Notes under the pieces: generated by a model | What the model was told of the DNA's origin: nothing | Database searches by the model: none | Seen by the model: only the letters and a program-made list of their open reading frames with translations | NCBI GenBank assembly: GCA_001805645.1 | Contig: MHGQ01000049.1 | Location: forward strand, 6,283 to 64,215 | Origin: Omnitrophica WOR_2 bacterium RIFCSPHIGHO2_02_FULL_50_17 | GTDB taxonomy: Bacteria; Omnitrophota; Gorgyraeia; Zapsychrales; Zapsychraceae | Length of the DNA: 57,933 nt | Reading direction: 5' to 3' | Position numbers and translations under genes: made by a program | Shown: one piece after another, positions 54,176 to 57,933 of the stretch | Layout: every line of letters starts with the position of its first letter | Position numbering within the stretch: position 1 is the first letter of the stretch

Positions 54176-55354
54176 TCAGCACTTAAGCCCCTGGGATTTC
54201 AGGAAGTCTGCTGTGACTTCGGCAACATAATCCAAATCCTTCAACTCAATATCCTGGTGGATGCCGATGTGGGTGCCGTGGTCGGAACAATATTCGGCCT
54301 CAGGGAAGTCCCCAAGCTTCTTCCCCAAAAAGGCATAACTGGGGCATTGCGTCGGTATAGAATAAAATAGATTCCTTGAGTCAATCCCCTCCCCCTCTAT
54401 ATAACGGACGAACTCGTCCTTGGTAAAGCCGGTGTTTTCTTTGACGATAATCGAAAAGGCATGCGGCCCGATTTTTTCGTAAGGCTCCTCCTTTAGGGTA
54501 ATGAAATATTCTTCAAATTTTTTAAATTTATCAATGAGATACCGCAGATTCCGCCGCCGCTTCTGTAAAATCTCATGAAATATCCTGATATTGCCTAAGC
54601 CGACGGCGGCCTCCAGCTCATTCATCTTGGCTGAAAAACCGATACGCCGAAACTCGAACTTTCCCACGATGCCGTGATTGCGCAGCGACCGTAAGATATC
54701 CGCTGTCTGAGGATTATCGGTAATCACAACACCGCCCTCTATGGTCGTCACGATATGCGCCGCATAGAGGCTGAAGGCGGCCATATCGCCTAAAGATCCG
54801 ATTTTCCTCTCCTTATATTCGGCGCCATGCGCCTCAGCCGCATCCTCAATCACAAAAAGGCGGTGTCTTTTGGCAATCTCCGAAATCTTGTCCATCTCAG
54901 CCGGCTTTCCCATCAAATGCACCGGCATAATCGCACGCGTGCGCGGCGTGACGGCCTCCTCGATTTTGTCGAAATCAATGTTCAGCGTCTCCCGGCGGAC
55001 ATCCACAAAAACAGGCGTAAGGCCGGCCTGAAAAACCGCGTTGCCGGTTGCAACAAACGAAAGAGCCGGGACAATCACCTCATCCCCGCGCTTGGCCCCG
55101 TAATCGTACAGGACAGCGCAGGAGAGCGCATCAGCATCCGTGCCGCTGCTGACCGCCACCGCCTCTTTCACGCCGAACAACCGGGCAAACTTCTCCTCGA
55201 ATTCCTGGACGTATTTTCCTCTTGTAAGCCATTTGGATTCAACAGCCTCGTTAATCAGCCGATGGGCCTCCTCGGTAATGGAAACCGTTCCGAACGGAAC
55301 CCTGAACTTCGCTTTCGCAGAAAGAGTGCCGCTCTTATTTGTATTAATCTTCAC
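54176..55354 (-). CDS. DegT-fold enzyme with His at the PLP-lysine position (ColD/E1-type 3-dehydratase-like)
   Basis: SSGTDA, IEDAAEAHG, SLYAAHIVTTIEGG. Confidence 0.82.
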   Translation of the reverse strand: MKINTNKSGTLSAKAKFRVPFGTVSITEEAHRLINEAVESKWLTRGKYVQEFEEKFARLFGVKEAVAVSSGTDADALSCAVLYDYGAKRGDEVIVPALSFVATGNAVFQAGLTPVFVDVRRETLNIDFDKIEEAVTPRTRAIMPVHLMGKPAEMDKISEIAKRHRLFVIEDAAEAHGAEYKERKIGSLGDMAAFSLYAAHIVTTIEGGVVITDNPQTADILRSLRNHGIVGKFEFRRIGFSAKMNELEAAVGLGNIRIFHEILQKRRRNLRYLIDKFKKFEEYFITLKEEPYEKIGPHAFSIIVKENTGFTKDEFVRYIEGEGIDSRNLFYSIPTQCPSYAFLGKKLGDFPEAEYCSDHGTHIGIHQDIELKDLDYVAEVTADFLKSQGLKC

Positions 55355-56097
55355 TTGAGTGCATCCTTTCCTGGCCCACCTAAGATCTCCCTGGCCTTAT
55401 CGTATCGTGCCGGCGTGCCGATGTCATAAAATTCCTGAGAGACACAGAACCCGTAAAATCCCTTTCCCGACAATCCGGGAAAAAAGTCATACTCGAGTGA
55501 AAACGCCTCATCCTCCGGCATAAACGAAAAAATATCTTCATTAAAGCAATAAATGCCGGTATTGACGTAGCGCGGCGCCGTCTCTTTCTCTTTTTCCCTA
55601 AAGCCTGTGACCCGCGCCGAATCATCGAGGGTGATTCCGCCGAAGTCGCTTCCTTGCGCTCCTGGCGATATGGCAATGCTCGCCCGCGCCAATTTCGATT
55701 TATGAAAATCTAAGAAAGCGTTTAAATCAATCTCGCAAAAGGAATCACCGTTAAAGACAAAAAAAGGATTACTCTGGATGAAATGCCGGGCATTTTTTAA
55801 CGCCCCTCCCGTGCCCAGGGGCCGGTCTTCCCGGGAAAATTCAAAACTCAGGCCTTGATCATTCTCCCGGTAATATCCTTCAATTTGGTCCGCCTTGTAG
55901 CCTGTACAAAAAACGATATGACTAATCCCCTGCCTTTTCAAATGCCCTATCAGGATATCCAGAAAAGGACGGGCATTGATCCTTGCCAACACCTTAGGCT
56001 CATCGGCCACGACAGACCGCAGCCTCTTGCCCAGCCCCCCGCAAAGAATAACAGCATCAAGCTTATTGATATCGGACATTATAGATCTTATGACCAA
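55351..56097 (-). CDS. Sugar-phosphate nucleotidyltransferase (HddC-like)
   Basis: LCGGLGKRLR, PKVL, PLGTGGA, NGDSF, DIGTP. Confidence 0.85.
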   Translation of the reverse strand: MVIRSIMSDINKLDAVILCGGLGKRLRSVVADEPKVLARINARPFLDILIGHLKRQGISHIVFCTGYKADQIEGYYRENDQGLSFEFSREDRPLGTGGALKNARHFIQSNPFFVFNGDSFCEIDLNAFLDFHKSKLARASIAISPGAQGSDFGGITLDDSARVTGFREKEKETAPRYVNTGIYCFNEDIFSFMPEDEAFSLEYDFFPGLSGKGFYGFCVSQEFYDIGTPARYDKAREILGGPGKDALK

Positions 56098-56137
56098 TGG
56101 ATTATGCAGGATCTCAGCGCACCGGAATTCGTCTGCT

Positions 56138-56166
56138 ATAATAACAATAATGATAAAATATTACAA
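56138..56166 (-). promoter_or_regulatory. Putative sigma70 promoter for the glycan operon
   Basis: TTGTAA-17 nt-TATTAT in an AT-rich gap. Confidence 0.5.
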
Positions 56167-56200
56167 ATTCTATCCAAGCAATAGATTCCTCTCTTAAAAG

Positions 56201-56995
56201 CTACATTAAAACACCGCTTATACGAATAAATCCCTTGTTTGCCCTAAAAAATAATGGCAGATATCGTTGGCCGGCCTTCATTAAATATGCCGTCGCTCCC
56301 CATTCGCCTGACTTGTTAAAGGTTTTATCCAATTGAAAAATCTTCAATCTCACCTGCACAACCCTTTCTTGCGGGAACTGTTTTCTCGGCAAATCCATCT
56401 CTCTTGTCTTTCCCGCCACCAGATAAATTGTTCTATTGATATTCATGGTCGTCTTTAAAAATCTTTCATCGCTATATTCTTGGGACATAAGCCAGAAAAT
56501 CATGCTCACAACATCCCGCGTGTCATCCCAGATGTCCTCTTTATACCCCTTTCGCTCCATCCATAATGCCTCATGATGATAAACAATCCTCTTAGGGCTC
56601 TTTCCTTTTTTGGCCGAATACACGTCACTTTGTTCAAAATAGTACGGCAGCAAATCCTGCGCATCCATGACCGTCGTCAAATTCAACCCGATGTTATCGA
56701 AAGAAACGGCCCTGAATAGGGCAGGAGGCCTAAGCTGAAAATGGATTTTGCGGGCATGGCGTCCTTCGTAGATAAGGGGCTCTTCCGTTAGCCGGAAAGA
56801 GCCAAACGGGATATTCATAATATATATCCTATACCCCACATCTCTTCGCGTCTCCTCTCCTGAATACTTCTGATGCGTTCTCTCAAGAATATATCCAAGC
56901 TTTTGAGACCGGACAGAGATTCCAATGATAACTGTAAAACAAATGACGAGGGCTCCAGCCGCACAACACAAGACCCGCTTATTCCTTCTTGACAT
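56201..56995 (-). CDS. Membrane-anchored hypothetical protein (possibly DUF3108-like)
   Basis: N-terminal hydrophobic helix followed by a beta-rich region; family assignment is tentative. Confidence 0.6.
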   Translation of the reverse strand: MSRRNKRVLCCAAGALVICFTVIIGISVRSQKLGYILERTHQKYSGEETRRDVGYRIYIMNIPFGSFRLTEEPLIYEGRHARKIHFQLRPPALFRAVSFDNIGLNLTTVMDAQDLLPYYFEQSDVYSAKKGKSPKRIVYHHEALWMERKGYKEDIWDDTRDVVSMIFWLMSQEYSDERFLKTTMNINRTIYLVAGKTREMDLPRKQFPQERVVQVRLKIFQLDKTFNKSGEWGATAYLMKAGQRYLPLFFRANKGFIRISGVLM

Positions 56996-57015
56996 AGATA
57001 TTCCCTCGAAATGCC

Positions 57016-57933
57016 TTATAACCCAGAGAAGGTCTGGAGGACTAACTTCGCTTCAAGCAGCGATCTGGCCTTAAATACCAGTTCCTCTCCAACCTGCCTG
57101 CCGGTAGGCGCGGCAAAACAGTAATACATATCGCCTTCCTTTATAACACGAAAACCCTGAGCATCTAATAGGATCCGACCAGAGGCTTCTTTTGCTGTTC
57201 CCTTCTCTTGAGAATAATCCAAACCCAGGGCATCAATAGAATCTTTAACTTCATGCCGAGTTTTAGCGACAAAACAATTCTCATACCGCTTGTTTTTGTA
57301 TTTAACGAGACTGAACTGCCCCTCATTTTCCGGCAGCGCAAAATAAAAATCTTCATGCCAGACGATATTAAACCCTTTATAAGTCTCAACAGAAACGCCG
57401 GCACGGGGCATTATCCGCCGAGAAAAGACAGCATCATTTTTTTCGATGAAATCATAAAAATCTCCGAACTTTGCATCGGCATGATAGGCCCATCGCGGGT
57501 AATCCATAATATCTTCCTTCGCCATAAATAGAGAGGCCTCCTTTAATAAGGCGGCGCTTTCCTCTCGGCTCTCCCTCGCGCCCTTGAAATAAGAAAGGAG
57601 TGCCGCGGCCATACCATAATCCTGCGCCTCGATTTGTATCATGTTGTCGATATAATTCATCTTTCTATCCCCATCGTAATAAGTCGCATATATTTTATAG
57701 ATAACATCCGCGGCCTTTTCCATCAAAAAATCGGAAGGCATAGTTTGAGTCGCCCTCCTATCGGAAACAAAACGTATCAGGAAGGGTTTATGGTAAACGG
57801 CTTGTTCAAGGGCTTCCGCCGCCTTGGCCATGTTCCCTTCTCCTAAAGACTTAAAAGCTGATTGAAAATAACGGTAAAAAGGCTCAACGCTCTCCCCCTT
57901 GTCATCCAGGACTGTAAAATCATTAATCAGATA
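57016..57933 (-). CDS. Hypothetical protein, 5'-truncated by window edge
   Basis: The frame of ORF 57016-57831 stays open for 34 more codons to the window end (YLINDFTVLDDKG...GEGN-MAKAAE). Confidence 0.75.
   Translation of the reverse strand, partial: YLINDFTVLDDKGESVEPFYRYFQSAFKSLGEGNMAKAAEALEQAVYHKPFLIRFVSDRRATQTMPSDFLMEKAADVIYKIYATYYDGDRKMNYIDNMIQIEAQDYGMAAALLSYFKGARESREESAALLKEASLFMAKEDIMDYPRWAYHADAKFGDFYDFIEKNDAVFSRRIMPRAGVSVETYKGFNIVWHEDFYFALPENEGQFSLVKYKNKRYENCFVAKTRHEVKDSIDALGLDYSQEKGTAKEASGRILLDAQGFRVIKEGDMYYCFAAPTGRQVGEELVFKARSLLEAKLVLQTFSGL

Overview
This 57.9-kb window is bacterial chromosomal DNA. Every gene I can support lies on the minus strand. I found no rRNA, tRNA, CRISPR array, transposase or integrase. 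Gene content suggests a diderm such as Candidatus Omnitrophota (inference only). In transcription order (right to left) it holds: (i) a surface-glycan/LPS block with glycosyltransferases, ManC, GmhB, two DegT-fold enzymes and an embedded archaeal-type alanine dehydrogenase; (ii) priA, fmt, two galT-like paralogs and gap; (iii) a PilZ-REC protein, a sensor kinase and a T2SS-like cluster (E,F,G,H,I,J,K,L/MN,M/O, ExeA, C/P, secretin); (iv) a signalling block of sensors and output-less receivers; (v) a second type IV filament cluster (PilB, PilC, pilins, discoidin-tipped PilX, PilMN, O, P); (vi) trmH and a GldAFG-like ABC transporter. The most unusual signal is in the gene junctions. A four-helix-bundle gene sits between pilB and pilC inside inverted arms of 8-nt repeats. 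Three other junctions carry gene-less hairpins of 7-, 9- and 10-nt repeat units. A nucleotidyltransferase two-gene cassette is bounded by an exact 18-bp direct repeat at an ATGA overlap. There are also a MITE-like element with an 8-bp duplication and several in-frame palindromic insertions. Several proteins have altered catalytic motifs (PriA, one GalT, a GGDEF domain). All motif and family assignments were made by eye, with no database searches.
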